The position numbers were made by a program, and so were the translations under genes. The notes under the pieces were generated by a model. The model saw nothing but the letters and a program-made list of their open reading frames with translations. It was not told the DNA's origin and did not search any database. Of a stretch of DNA of 64,000 bases, positions 38,801 to 47,050 are shown one piece after another. Position 1 is the stretch's first letter, and each line of letters opens with the position of its first letter. The stretch is from an uncultured bacterium (GTDB lineage: Bacteria; Patescibacteriota; Saccharimonadia; UBA4664): positions 81,026 through 145,025 of the forward strand of contig CAVUEQ010000001.1 in assembly GCA_963740635.1 (NCBI GenBank), written 5' to 3'.

Positions 38801-39638
38801 TGGTGCAGGGGACAGTGGACTGATAGGGGTCTACTCGGAGAAGCCGGCCCTACGACTTTCGCAGCAGGACAGCACTATAAATGGGGGCCGGGCGGTGCCG
38901 GTGGCGCTGGCCGGGCGGGTGCCGGTGAAAGTGTCGACGGAGCATGGGGTGATAATGCCTGGCGATCCGTTGACTGCGTCGAGCACGCCCGGCGTGGCTA
39001 TGAAGGCAAACGGTTCCGGGCGGATCGTGGGTATGGCAATGGAGGCCTACAGCGGCGATGGTGTGGGCAAGGTGATGGCCTTCGTGAACCCGAACTTCTA
39101 CACCGGCGGAGAGGCGCTCCAGAGCAGCACGGCGGCTTCGAGCCTGGTGGTCAACGGCGCACTTTCGGCCAAGGATTTGACGGTGAACGGGACAGCCACG
39201 GTTGGTGATCTGGTGGCGTTGCATTCAGTGACGGCAGGGAATTTGCAGGTGACCGGGATTACTACCGTGGTGGACATCATGGTGAGTGGCCACATTATCA
39301 CAGGTGGAAACGCGCCGGCGGCTTCGATTCTGGCGGCCGCTGGGTCTAATGCCACGGTGACGATCGACGGCAACGACACGAGCGGCACGATCACGATTGT
39401 GACGGGCGACGCGGCGCACGGGGCGGCGCCTGGACCTTCGGCCGGTGAGCTGGCCAAAGCCGTCTATAGCCAGGCTTTTGGTAAGGTGCCGCATATAATT
39501 CTGACACCGGGCGACTCGGCCACGGCGGGGCTGTCGGTGTACCCGGGCCCGAGGGCGGCGGACTACTTTACGGTGGGAGTGACGGGCACGCCGGAGCCGA
39601 ATACCACGTATACGTTTGAGTATCTGACGGTGCAATAG
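29867..39638 (+). CDS. Giant secreted adhesin-like protein (about 3,230-3,260 aa if one extra nt at about 34652 is removed); LVIVD and other beta-propellers, FN3-like, duplicated lectin-like modules
   Basis: ORFs 29948..35020 and 34443..39638 join cleanly: ...ASAAGPGTLK then [T] then AYDISTPGSPTLVGS..., inside an LVIVD-type repeat run (YIYDITNPASP, VVMDISNPAAP, QIIDIANPASP, DVIDVSNPASP, VVDVSSATSP). The N-terminus AAAGINKTLNFQGRLLN is homologous to that of giant 1 (AAATGINKAINFQGKLVN). The signal peptide n-region lies upstream of TTG 29948 with no canonical start. CTG 29867, after GAGGG, is the best candidate. FN3-like GYNVYRT motifs lie at about 35.7-36.1 kb. A second LVIVD run is at 36.36-37.2 kb. 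A roughly 50-aa repeat propeller is at 37.47-38.5 kb. Confidence 0.8.
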
Positions 39639-39645
39639 GATAAGG

Positions 39646-39674
39646 TTGCGTTTTCGGCTTTCGTTCGGTATAAT
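39646..39674 (+). promoter_or_regulatory. Promoter module copy B (TTGCGT-tttcggctttcgttcgg-TATAAT)
   Basis: See 24246..24274. It lies 8 nt after the stop of giant gene 2 and drives hicBA. Confidence 0.6.
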
Positions 39675-39702
39675 CAGATGAAGAAGTAAGGGGTATACTG
39701 AA

Positions 39703-39954
39703 ATGAGAAGAATTGTAAGCAGAAATGCGAGGCCGAACATGGCAACAAGAGATCTGGAGGTGGTCGTCTACAAAGAAGGTGACGGTTATGTAGCGCAATG
39801 TTTGAATGTTAACGTTGCGAGCGAGGGTGACACTGAAAAGGATGCCCTCGAAAATATTCGAGAGGCGCTTGAACTTTATTTTGAGGATTCCGAGCCTGAA
39901 GTGGCGTCGGTTGAGAATGCCCGGGTAACAAAACTTTTGCTTCAAGATGCCTAA
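39703..39954 (+). CDS. hicB: HicB-family antitoxin
   Basis: LEVVVYKEGDGYVAQCLNVNVASEGDTEKDALENIREALELYFED is the HicB/UPF0150 N-terminal fold pattern. It overlaps hicA by 8 nt. The start could instead be ATG 39739. Confidence 0.75.
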   Translation: MRRIVSRNARPNMATRDLEVVVYKEGDGYVAQCLNVNVASEGDTEKDALENIREALELYFEDSEPEVASVENARVTKLLLQDA

Positions 39955-40156
39955 ACGGCCGTCGTCCGGCGATGTTGTGAAGGTCTTAAAGCGTCACGGG
40001 TTCGCGTTCATCAGTCAGCGCGGTTCGCACGCTAAGTTTCGGAGCGGTGGTGGCAACGCTCGCACCGTCATTGTGCCGATGGGTCGGAAGAATCTACGAG
40101 TCGGGACTTTTCGATCGATTGTGGAGCAAGCGGGTATGACCGAAGCCGATTTCTAG
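39947..40156 (+). CDS. hicA: HicA-family mRNA interferase toxin
   Basis: 69 aa. SGDVVKVLKRHGFAFISQRGSHAKFRS...VIVPMGRKNLRVGTFRSIVEQAGMT matches the HicA pattern. Confidence 0.8.
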   Translation: MPKRPSSGDVVKVLKRHGFAFISQRGSHAKFRSGGGNARTVIVPMGRKNLRVGTFRSIVEQAGMTEADF

Positions 40157-40185
40157 TTTTCTACCCCTGGCCCCAGTGAGTAGAC

Positions 40186-40214
40186 TTGCATTTTCGGGTT
40201 TTGTTTGGTAGGAT
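40186..40214 (+). promoter_or_regulatory. Promoter module copy C (TTGCAT-tttcgggttttgtttgg-TAGGAT)
   Basis: See 24246..24274. This is the most degenerate -10 of the four copies. It drives the Bro-N gene. Confidence 0.5.
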
Positions 40215-40243
40215 GGATTCATGATTAGGGGGATACTCAGGGT

Positions 40244-40639
40244 ATGGACGAGGCGCGCATAGCGATATTTCAGGACCGGCAGATCCGCAAAGCTTTGCAT
40301 GACGGCGAGTGGTGGTTTGTGGTGGTTGATGTGGTGGGGGCGCTGACGGATTCGCGGGATCCTCAGCAGTATGTCCAGCGTATGCGGTTGCGGGACGAAG
40401 AGCTTACAAAAGGGTGGGTACAAATTGTACAGACCCTTGACATTCAGACAGATGGTGGCCGGCAGAAGGTTAATTGTGCTAATACCGAGGGGGTGCTGCG
40501 TATTATCCAGTCGGTACCGTCGCCGAAGGCGGAGCCGTTTAAGCGCTGGCTGGCAAAGGTGGGGTACGAGCGGGTGCAGGAGATTGAAAACCCGGAGCTG
40601 GCAACGCGGCGAGATTTTATAGAAATGTTTTCGTCCTAA
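40244..40639 (+). CDS. Bro-N domain protein (DinD/antirepressor-like), apparently short
   Basis: IRKALHDGEWWFVVVDVVGALTDSRDP...NTEGVLRIIQSVPSPKAEPFKRWLAKVGYERVQEIENPE is a Bro-N type sequence. It ends soon after the domain (..RRDFIEMFSS*), so it may be truncated relative to DinD-like proteins. Confidence 0.65.
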   Translation: MDEARIAIFQDRQIRKALHDGEWWFVVVDVVGALTDSRDPQQYVQRMRLRDEELTKGWVQIVQTLDIQTDGGRQKVNCANTEGVLRIIQSVPSPKAEPFKRWLAKVGYERVQEIENPELATRRDFIEMFSS

Positions 40640-40708
40640 TAACAAGACTTGACCCTCCCTGGAAGCCCAGCGGTATGATGGTAGTCCAAGATCAAAAGGA
40701 GGGGAGAA

Positions 40709-40891
40709 GTGAAGCATTTTGAGCTTCAGGAAAAGGCTCGCGAGCAGGGCAAAGTCAGCTTTTGGGCATGGCGGCGGGCCCGGCGCGAGGGCAAGGATTT
40801 GGCTACGGCCGAGAGGGAAGAGCGCGAGCACTTGCGCGAATATCAGGCGGAGTTGCGGGAGTATGCGAAATACGTGCGGGGTGAAGGGTAG
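40709..40891 (+). CDS. Small highly charged protein (60 aa)
   Basis: GTG 40709 follows AAAGGAGGGG. An upstream TTGACC...TATGAT pair is present. The sequence is Lys/Glu/Arg-rich and helical-looking. No family was recognised. Confidence 0.5.
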   Translation: MKHFELQEKAREQGKVSFWAWRRARREGKDLATAEREEREHLREYQAELREYAKYVRGEG

Positions 40892-40893
40892 GC

Positions 40894-40922
40894 TTGCATG
40901 TTCGCATTGTGTTCGGTATAAT
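40894..40922 (+). promoter_or_regulatory. Promoter module copy D (TTGCAT-gttcgcattgtgttcgg-TATAAT)
   Basis: See 24246..24274. It starts 3 nt after the previous stop. Confidence 0.6.
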
Positions 40923-40967
40923 GAGATCTAGAGAGTGCGTTATGATGGGAGTAACAGGAGCTAGACG

Positions 40968-41249
40968 ATGCTGACGAAGGACGATTTGGGACAGATTAAG
41001 ACAATTGTGAATGACGTCGTGGAAGATAAGATAACCAGGGCGGTGGCGCCGCTGGCGACAAAAAGTGAGCTGAACGAGACGGTTCAGAATGCCGTGGCGC
41101 CGCTGGCGACAAAGGTTGATCTGGCCGGTACGGAACGCCGGCTGCAGGCAGCGATTTTGGGCATGGATTTGGCGGGCCGTGACAGCTTCGCCCGGCTGGA
41201 TGACCACGAAGCGCGGCTCACTAAACTAGAGCGGGCCCGGCCAGCATAA
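40968..41249 (+). CDS. Small coiled-coil protein with internal repeat (DUF1640-like pattern)
   Basis: 93 aa. It contains the tandem AVAPLATKSEL / AVAPLATKVDL. These are encoded by an exact 20-nt direct repeat, gtggcgccgctggcgacaaa. The N-terminus LTKDDLGQIKTIVNDVVEDKI resembles that of 24318..24629. Confidence 0.6.
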   Translation: MLTKDDLGQIKTIVNDVVEDKITRAVAPLATKSELNETVQNAVAPLATKVDLAGTERRLQAAILGMDLAGRDSFARLDDHEARLTKLERARPA

Positions 41250-41267
41250 ACTGCCGGACGCCCAGAA

Positions 41268-41630
41268 CTAGTGTGCCACGCCCAAGAGCATCCGCAGGCC
41301 GATGAGGATGGCGACCACACCGAAAGACCGGGTGAGAAAGGCGGTCGGCAGATTGACCGCTACGCGCGTGGCGATGATTGAGCCAACGACGAAACCGAGC
41401 ATGAGCAATGCGGCGGCGCGGATGTTGACATAGCCGTGGTGATAGTAGGTGGCGACCGCGAAGATGCCGACCGGAAACATTAGCATGGCGAGCGAAGTGC
41501 CGACGGCGGTTTTTTGGTTGAAGTGCGCAAAATAGACCAGGGCGGGGATAATCACGAGGCCGGCACCGGTACCCACCAAGCTGAGCAACGAGCCCGATAC
41601 CGCGCCGATGAGAATGAAAATAATATACAT
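41268..41630 (-). CDS. Half-size TauE/SafE (TSUP) family membrane transporter
   Basis: 120 aa with about 4 TM helices. The pattern GTGAGLVIIPALVYF...KTAVGTSLAMLMFPVG is typical of TSUP proteins. Full-size members are about twice as long. Confidence 0.6.
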   Translation of the reverse strand: MYIIFILIGAVSGSLLSLVGTGAGLVIIPALVYFAHFNQKTAVGTSLAMLMFPVGIFAVATYYHHGYVNIRAAALLMLGFVVGSIIATRVAVNLPTAFLTRSFGVVAILIGLRMLLGVAH

Positions 41631-41786
41631 CCTCGTCTATTATAGCGTAAGGCCGCAGCTGCCACCCAGGGGCTCGCGGCCCGGGCGTCCGGGCTACCAT
41701 ACCGCCGATTGTCACATAATGAGCGAAGCGTATCCAACCACAAGCGTGATTTGCTATAATGTTCTTGATATGAGAGTTGGTGGTAG

Positions 41787-42554
41787 ATGGCCAAGGTAAT
41801 TGCGATTGCGAACCAGAAGGGCGGCGTGGGCAAAACGACCACGACGATAAACCTGGGCGCCTATCTGGCCGACAATGGCCACCGGGTGCTGGTGGTGGAT
41901 CTGGACCCGCAGGGTAATACTTCAAGCGGGCTGGGAATTACCGGGGATAACCTGTCGGGCGACCTCTATGATGTGCTGATGGATGGTGTGGCGGCGGCGG
42001 CTGTAGCGCGCGAGACGGCGGTGAAGGGGCTGCACTTACTGCCGGCCAGCCCGGTGCTGGCCGCGGCCGAGGTGGAGCTGGTGGCCGTGCCGCAGCGCGA
42101 ATTTAAGCTGCGCAAGGCGCTCGAAGAGCTGGATTACGATTATGTGCTAATTGATTGCCCGCCGAGCTTGGGGATTTTGACGGTGAACGGACTGGTGGCG
42201 GCGCACGAGTTGATAATCCCGGTGCAGGCGGAATTTTATGCCATGGAGGGATTAGGGCAATTGGTGCAGACGGTGCAGCGGGTGCGCAAGGGCCTCAATC
42301 CGGGGCTCGGGCTGATGGGGGTGCTGGTGACGATGCACAATGGCCGGACTACGCTGAGCACCCAGGTGCACGAGGAAGTGAAGCGCCATTTTCCGGACAA
42401 GGTGTTTGAGACCGTGATCCCGCGTAACGTGAGGCTGGCGGAGGCGCCGAGCTTCGGGAAGACGATTATGCATTATGATAGGTGGAGCAAAGGAGCGCGG
42501 AGCTATAAGGCGCTGGCCAAGGAAGTGCAAAAGCGGGCAGGGGTGAAGAAATGA
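41787..42554 (+). CDS. parA: Chromosome partitioning ATPase ParA/Soj
   Basis: The deviant Walker A KVIAIANQKGGVGKTTTTINLGAYLA is present. An extended -10, TGCTATAAT, lies about 30 nt upstream. Confidence 0.95.
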   Translation: MAKVIAIANQKGGVGKTTTTINLGAYLADNGHRVLVVDLDPQGNTSSGLGITGDNLSGDLYDVLMDGVAAAAVARETAVKGLHLLPASPVLAAAEVELVAVPQREFKLRKALEELDYDYVLIDCPPSLGILTVNGLVAAHELIIPVQAEFYAMEGLGQLVQTVQRVRKGLNPGLGLMGVLVTMHNGRTTLSTQVHEEVKRHFPDKVFETVIPRNVRLAEAPSFGKTIMHYDRWSKGARSYKALAKEVQKRAGVKK

Positions 42555-43489
42555 GCGAAGGGCAGCGAGTGGAGCGTAAACGAGGATTGGGCCGGGGCTT
42601 TGACGCCTTGATACCGACGCCGGTGATTGAGACAGAATTTGATGTGACGGCCAATGTGGATGAGACCGGCCAGCGAACCAGCGGCGACCAGGTGCGCGAA
42701 GTGGATCCGGGGCTCGTAGACCCCAACCCGCACCAGCCGCGCCAGAATTTTGACGAGGCGGCGCTGGAGGCGCTGGCGGCCAGTATCCGGGTGCATGGGA
42801 TTTTGCAGCCGATGGTGGTGACGCAGAAGGGCCCGCGGTATGAGCTGATCGCGGGCGAGCGGCGGCTGCGCGCGGCCAAGATCGCGGGCCTGGAAACGGT
42901 GCCGGTGATTGTGCGAAGTTTCGACGAGCAAGAGAAGCTGGAGCTGGCGCTGATTGAGAACTTGATGCGGGCGGAGCTCAACCCGCTCGAAGTGGCTACG
43001 GCTTACCGCAAGCTGCTTGACCAGTTTAACCTCAGGCTGGCGGACCTGAGCGAGCGGATTGGCAAAGACATTTCAACCATATCGAACACCACCCGGTTGC
43101 TGCTGCTGCCGGCGGAGGCTAAACGGGCCTTGATCGAGAATAAAATCACCGAAGGCCATGCCCGGACATTACTGTCGATGAAAGAAGACAATCCCGAGCG
43201 CCAGGAGGCCAAGCGCCTGGAGCTGCTGAGCATGATTTTGCGCAACAATTGGGGAGTGAGGCAGGCTGAGGAATACGCGCGGGGCTACAAGGGCAAGAAA
43301 GGTTCGAAGAAGGCGGCGGCGGCGCGGATCGCGGCGGTGAACCAGCTCACAATGGACTTGGGCGACTACCTGGGCGCCAAAGTTACACAGATACAGAGGG
43401 CCAAGGGTGGGAGACTGGTGATTGAATATTACTCCGACGAGGAGCTCAACCGGATTATCGGGGCGATTAAGGCCGAGCGGGGAGAATAA
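42551..43489 (+). CDS. parB: Chromosome partitioning protein ParB/Spo0J
   Basis: It carries the NPHQPRQNFDEAALEALAASIRVHGILQPMVV and LIAGERRLRAAKIAG motifs. It overlaps the parA stop by 4 nt. Confidence 0.95.
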   Translation: MSEGQRVERKRGLGRGFDALIPTPVIETEFDVTANVDETGQRTSGDQVREVDPGLVDPNPHQPRQNFDEAALEALAASIRVHGILQPMVVTQKGPRYELIAGERRLRAAKIAGLETVPVIVRSFDEQEKLELALIENLMRAELNPLEVATAYRKLLDQFNLRLADLSERIGKDISTISNTTRLLLLPAEAKRALIENKITEGHARTLLSMKEDNPERQEAKRLELLSMILRNNWGVRQAEEYARGYKGKKGSKKAAAARIAAVNQLTMDLGDYLGAKVTQIQRAKGGRLVIEYYSDEELNRIIGAIKAERGE

Positions 43490-43706
43490 GTTACTTTTAA
43501 GGGGAATTGCCCGTGGTGAGGGGGGTTGCTCATGCGTCGGAAATTTTTTTCTGGGAATGCACCCTTTTAGGAGGGTTGCCCAAATTGGGAGATAGAAAAT
43601 AATTTCGAGGCTAATTTTGGGACCTATTTCCCAAAATGGGACATACTCTAGTAAGTGCGTGAACAATAAAAATACGGAATGCGGCCCGTGACATTATAAA
43701 GAATCC

Positions 43707-44420
43707 CTAGAGAACCTTAACCTGGTCGAGGGGAAGCAGCCGGAGCACAGCATTGCCGATGATGTAGCTGGAGGGCAATTCGCCCCACTCGCGGGAGTCG
43801 TAACTGCCATTGGGCGTGCGGTTGTCGCCCATCACGAAGACGTTGCCGCTTTGGACAACTTCGTCGGTGTCGATCAGGGTGGTGGTGTCTTTGTTTTCGT
43901 AGCCCAAGTCGGGGTTGAAGCCGCTGGGATGGGCAGAATTGTAAAGCGTGACGGTGCCGTTTTTGATGACCACGCGGTCACCGGGAAGGCCGATCACGCG
44001 CTTCACGAATACCCGGGAAGTGTCTTTGGGGAAGCGAAAAACGATGACTTCGCCGCGGGCGGGGATGTATTTTTTATCTTGCCCGAAGGTGCGCTCGATG
44101 AGTCCTTGGGTGTAGCCGAGTTTGCTGATAATGAGGTAGTCGGCGTCGTGAAGGGTGGGCACCATGCTCGTGCCGATAACGTGGTACGCCTGGAAGACAA
44201 AGTTGTGGAGGATGAGCACCACCGCGATCGGGAAAATGATCCACGAAAAAATGGCGCCGAAGACGGTAGCAAAACCGGCCGCAATGTTGCTAAGGGGGCC
44301 GCTGGGTTTATCCGGTGTTGGCGCGGGGGGCGCGGGTGGCGCGGGTGGTGCTGGCATCGGGGACTGGCCCGGGAATTGCTGAGGCGGCGCCGGGTTCGGT
44401 GTTGGGTTTTGGTTATCCAT
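43707..44420 (-). CDS. lepB: Signal peptidase I
   Basis: Catalytic Ser box GTSMVPTL, plus KRVIGLPGD and GDNRTPNGSYDSR. ATG 44420 (MDNQNPTP..) is the credible start. The N-terminus is Pro-rich before the TM helix. Confidence 0.9.
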   Translation of the reverse strand: MDNQNPTPNPAPPQQFPGQSPMPAPPAPPAPPAPTPDKPSGPLSNIAAGFATVFGAIFSWIIFPIAVVLILHNFVFQAYHVIGTSMVPTLHDADYLIISKLGYTQGLIERTFGQDKKYIPARGEVIVFRFPKDTSRVFVKRVIGLPGDRVVIKNGTVTLYNSAHPSGFNPDLGYENKDTTTLIDTDEVVQSGNVFVMGDNRTPNGSYDSREWGELPSSYIIGNAVLRLLPLDQVKVL

Positions 44421-44499
44421 TGGTACGAGTATATCGGCCCGCGTGGGCTGGTACAAGTGGGTTGTACCTGAGAGCAGATACTGGTTATACTTGGGTACG

Positions 44500-46080
44500 A
44501 TGACTATGAACAAAGGCAGCGGGCACCGGTCGTTGGATGGCCCCAAGCGCCCGCGCCCGCCCATGAAAATTCCTCCGATATCCGGCGGACCGGCGCAGTC
44601 CGTCCCCGCGGCCGAAGCCGGGCCGGCTCCGGTGCCCGCACCGGCCGCTGATGAGCCGGCGATCAGCGAGGTGAATCCGGAATTTGCGTACCAGGACGCG
44701 CCGATATTTGTCTACAAGAAGCCGGTCCATAAGCGGGTGCGCGGCGGCTGGTTCAAAGCCGCCCGGGCGATTGCGCTGGGGTTGCTGGTGTTGGTGCTCG
44801 CCACCGGGGGCTGGTTTGGCTATAAGGCGCTGAGCGCTGCCCGCAATATTATTTCGAAGTCGCACGGCGGGGCGCCGGCACTGGCGGGGCTGCTCGACGT
44901 CACCAAGCTCAAGGGCGAGGGTGACGGGCGGGTGAACATTCTGATTCTGGGCATCGGCGGGCAGGGGCACGAGGCGCCGAACTTGACCGACACGATCATG
45001 GTGATAAGCATCGACCCCAAGACCAAAGACGCGGCCATGCTGTCGATACCGCGCGACTTGTACGTGAAGATTCCGGCATCGGCTAAAACGCGGACGCAAT
45101 ACGGCAAAATTAACGCGGCCAATGCCTATGGCGGGCCGGAGCTGGCGGCGCAGACGGTGAGCAATGTGATCGGCGTGCCGATTCACTATTATGTGCTGAT
45201 CGATTTTTCGGGCTTCCGGCAGGCGGTCGACGCGGTGGGCGGGGTGGATATTAATGTACCGACGGCTATTTACGACCCGCAATATCCCTGCGACAACGAG
45301 CGCGGCGGTTACTGCCCGTTCAAGATCGCGGCGGGCCCCCAGCACATGAACGGCACGGTGGCGCTGCGGTATGCCCGGTCGCGCAAGAGCACGAGTGACT
45401 TCGACCGGGCGGCGCGCCAGCAGCTGGTGATAGCGGCGGTGCGGCAAAAGGCCCTGCAACTTTCGACGCTGACCAATCCGGTGAAGCTTACACAGCTGAT
45501 CGATGCGGTGGGGTCGCACGTGAAGACGGACATCCAGCCGGCCGAGATCAAAAAAATCGCGGCGCTGGCCAAGGACATCGACCCGGCCAAAACCCCGCAG
45601 AAGGTGCTCGATACCGACTCCAAAGACGCGCTGCTGGTGGGCGGCACCAACATTATTGACGGCGCCGGGTACATCGAAGTGCCGAAGCTTGGCAACTTCA
45701 ATTACAGCGACATTCAGGATATGGTCAAGAACATCTTTGCCGACCATTACTTGATCGACGAGAATGCTCTAATCGAGGTCCAAAACGGTTCAGGATTGCC
45801 GGGAATCGCCGCGCGGGTGGTGCAAAGCTTGCAAGCGGCGCACTACAACGTGGGCGCGCCGGTAAACGCTGCCGATCGCTATACAAAGACGGTGTTATAT
45901 GATTATACTGGCGGGAAGAAACCGTATACCATCAATTATCTTGAACAACGGTTTAAAGTGAAGGCGCAGCGGGCGACCGCCCCGGCGCCTGTGGTGGACG
46001 CGAACGGTCAGCCGGTTCCGGCCCCCCAGATAAGGATTATTCTTGGCAGTGATTACAAAGCAACGGGAACGTCTCAGTAG
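44500..46080 (+). CDS. LytR-CpsA-Psr (LCP) family cell-envelope polymer transferase
   Basis: VNILILGIGGQGHEAPNLTDTIMVISIDP...SIPRDLYVKIP...IHYYVLIDFSGFRQAVDAVGGVDINV. The N-terminus has a TM helix. The start at ATG 44500 is preferred over the listed 44443. Confidence 0.9.
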   Translation: MTMNKGSGHRSLDGPKRPRPPMKIPPISGGPAQSVPAAEAGPAPVPAPAADEPAISEVNPEFAYQDAPIFVYKKPVHKRVRGGWFKAARAIALGLLVLVLATGGWFGYKALSAARNIISKSHGGAPALAGLLDVTKLKGEGDGRVNILILGIGGQGHEAPNLTDTIMVISIDPKTKDAAMLSIPRDLYVKIPASAKTRTQYGKINAANAYGGPELAAQTVSNVIGVPIHYYVLIDFSGFRQAVDAVGGVDINVPTAIYDPQYPCDNERGGYCPFKIAAGPQHMNGTVALRYARSRKSTSDFDRAARQQLVIAAVRQKALQLSTLTNPVKLTQLIDAVGSHVKTDIQPAEIKKIAALAKDIDPAKTPQKVLDTDSKDALLVGGTNIIDGAGYIEVPKLGNFNYSDIQDMVKNIFADHYLIDENALIEVQNGSGLPGIAARVVQSLQAAHYNVGAPVNAADRYTKTVLYDYTGGKKPYTINYLEQRFKVKAQRATAPAPVVDANGQPVPAPQIRIILGSDYKATGTSQ

Positions 46081-46849
46081 CCTGGTAGGCGGCTTCGGGT
46101 CGCGGGTGTCGCCCAGCTGGATACTGATCGCGATCGAGCTGGCCGCGGTGTATGGGCTCAGCCGGCGGTCGGGTTGGCTGTGGCTGGCGGCGGCCGTGGT
46201 GTTGGCGGTGGAGCTGTGGGGATTGAGACCTGGAGCCGCCAGACCGGCGGCAGGCCGGGGCGGGTTGATATGGCAGCGGGTACCCGGAGTGTTGGTGGGT
46301 CTCAGCACGGCGCTCATCATCGACATGGTGCCGCGGCTGGTGACGCAGCGGGGGTTGGCGGTGTTGTACGCCGGTTGGCTGGTGTGGCGGGAGGTGGCAG
46401 CGGAGCGGCAGGCCGCCAGCAACGCCAACTTGCTGATAGTGCAGGCAGTGATGTTTGAGGCTATTTTCCTGATGGCGGCTATTTGGCAGACCTCGAGCCT
46501 GCTGGTGCTGCTACTGGTGTGGGCGGGCGCGTACCTGAGTGTGTACGCCGATCTCACGCGGCGCGGCGACCGCCTGGCCGGTGTGATGGCGGCCACCTGG
46601 GGCGTGATTGCGGCCGAGGTGGCGTGGGTGCTGCAATTGTGGCTCATTACCTACACCATGCGCGGCGGATACGTGCTGGTGCCACAGCCGGCGTTGATTT
46701 TAACGGCGTTGGCGTATCTGTTTGGCAGCATACTGACCTCGGCGCGGGCCGGGAGCCTGAGCCGGGCGCGGCTGGCTGAGTATATGGTGATAGCGGTGGT
46801 GCTGGTGGCGATCGTGGTGGCCGGGACTTCCTGGCGCGGCAACGTTTAA
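46043..46849 (+). CDS. Polytopic membrane protein, unknown function
   Basis: 268 aa with about 7 hydrophobic helices. It follows the LCP gene with a short overlap. No motif was recognised. Confidence 0.6.
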   Translation: MAVITKQRERLSSLVGGFGSRVSPSWILIAIELAAVYGLSRRSGWLWLAAAVVLAVELWGLRPGAARPAAGRGGLIWQRVPGVLVGLSTALIIDMVPRLVTQRGLAVLYAGWLVWREVAAERQAASNANLLIVQAVMFEAIFLMAAIWQTSSLLVLLLVWAGAYLSVYADLTRRGDRLAGVMAATWGVIAAEVAWVLQLWLITYTMRGGYVLVPQPALILTALAYLFGSILTSARAGSLSRARLAEYMVIAVVLVAIVVAGTSWRGNV

Positions 46850-47050
46850 GCGTTAACGCTGCGGAGGAATATTTGCCCGACGACCGAAGCGGGGTGTGCG
46901 ATGCGGAATCCAGAGGGCAGAGCTCCCACGTTCGCTGAGTAGAGTGGCGAATGTTCCGGCGCAGGAGATCGGAGAACGTTTAAGCCGGTTCTCAGCTAAT
47001 TCTCGCAGAGTAGAGTGAGGGGCTATAATATCAACGTTAGAGGGTGAGCA

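Noticed and set aside
41631-41786. Replication origin next to parAB (also considered for 43490..43706)
   Set aside because: No cluster of DnaA boxes (TTATCCACA-like) was seen, there is no adjacent dnaA/dnaN, and there is no marked A+T-rich unwinding element. Only a single 7/9 match was seen, near 44411.
44485-45747. 420-aa antisense ORF over the LCP gene, with similar antisense ORFs at 12320..13462, 47108..48166, 51289..52161, 55556..56611 and 58206..58949
   Set aside because: Each lies opposite a gene with unmistakable conserved motifs (LCP, Kelch, HtrA, RF1, RseP, ProRS). Each translates to low-complexity Arg/His/Pro-rich sequence.
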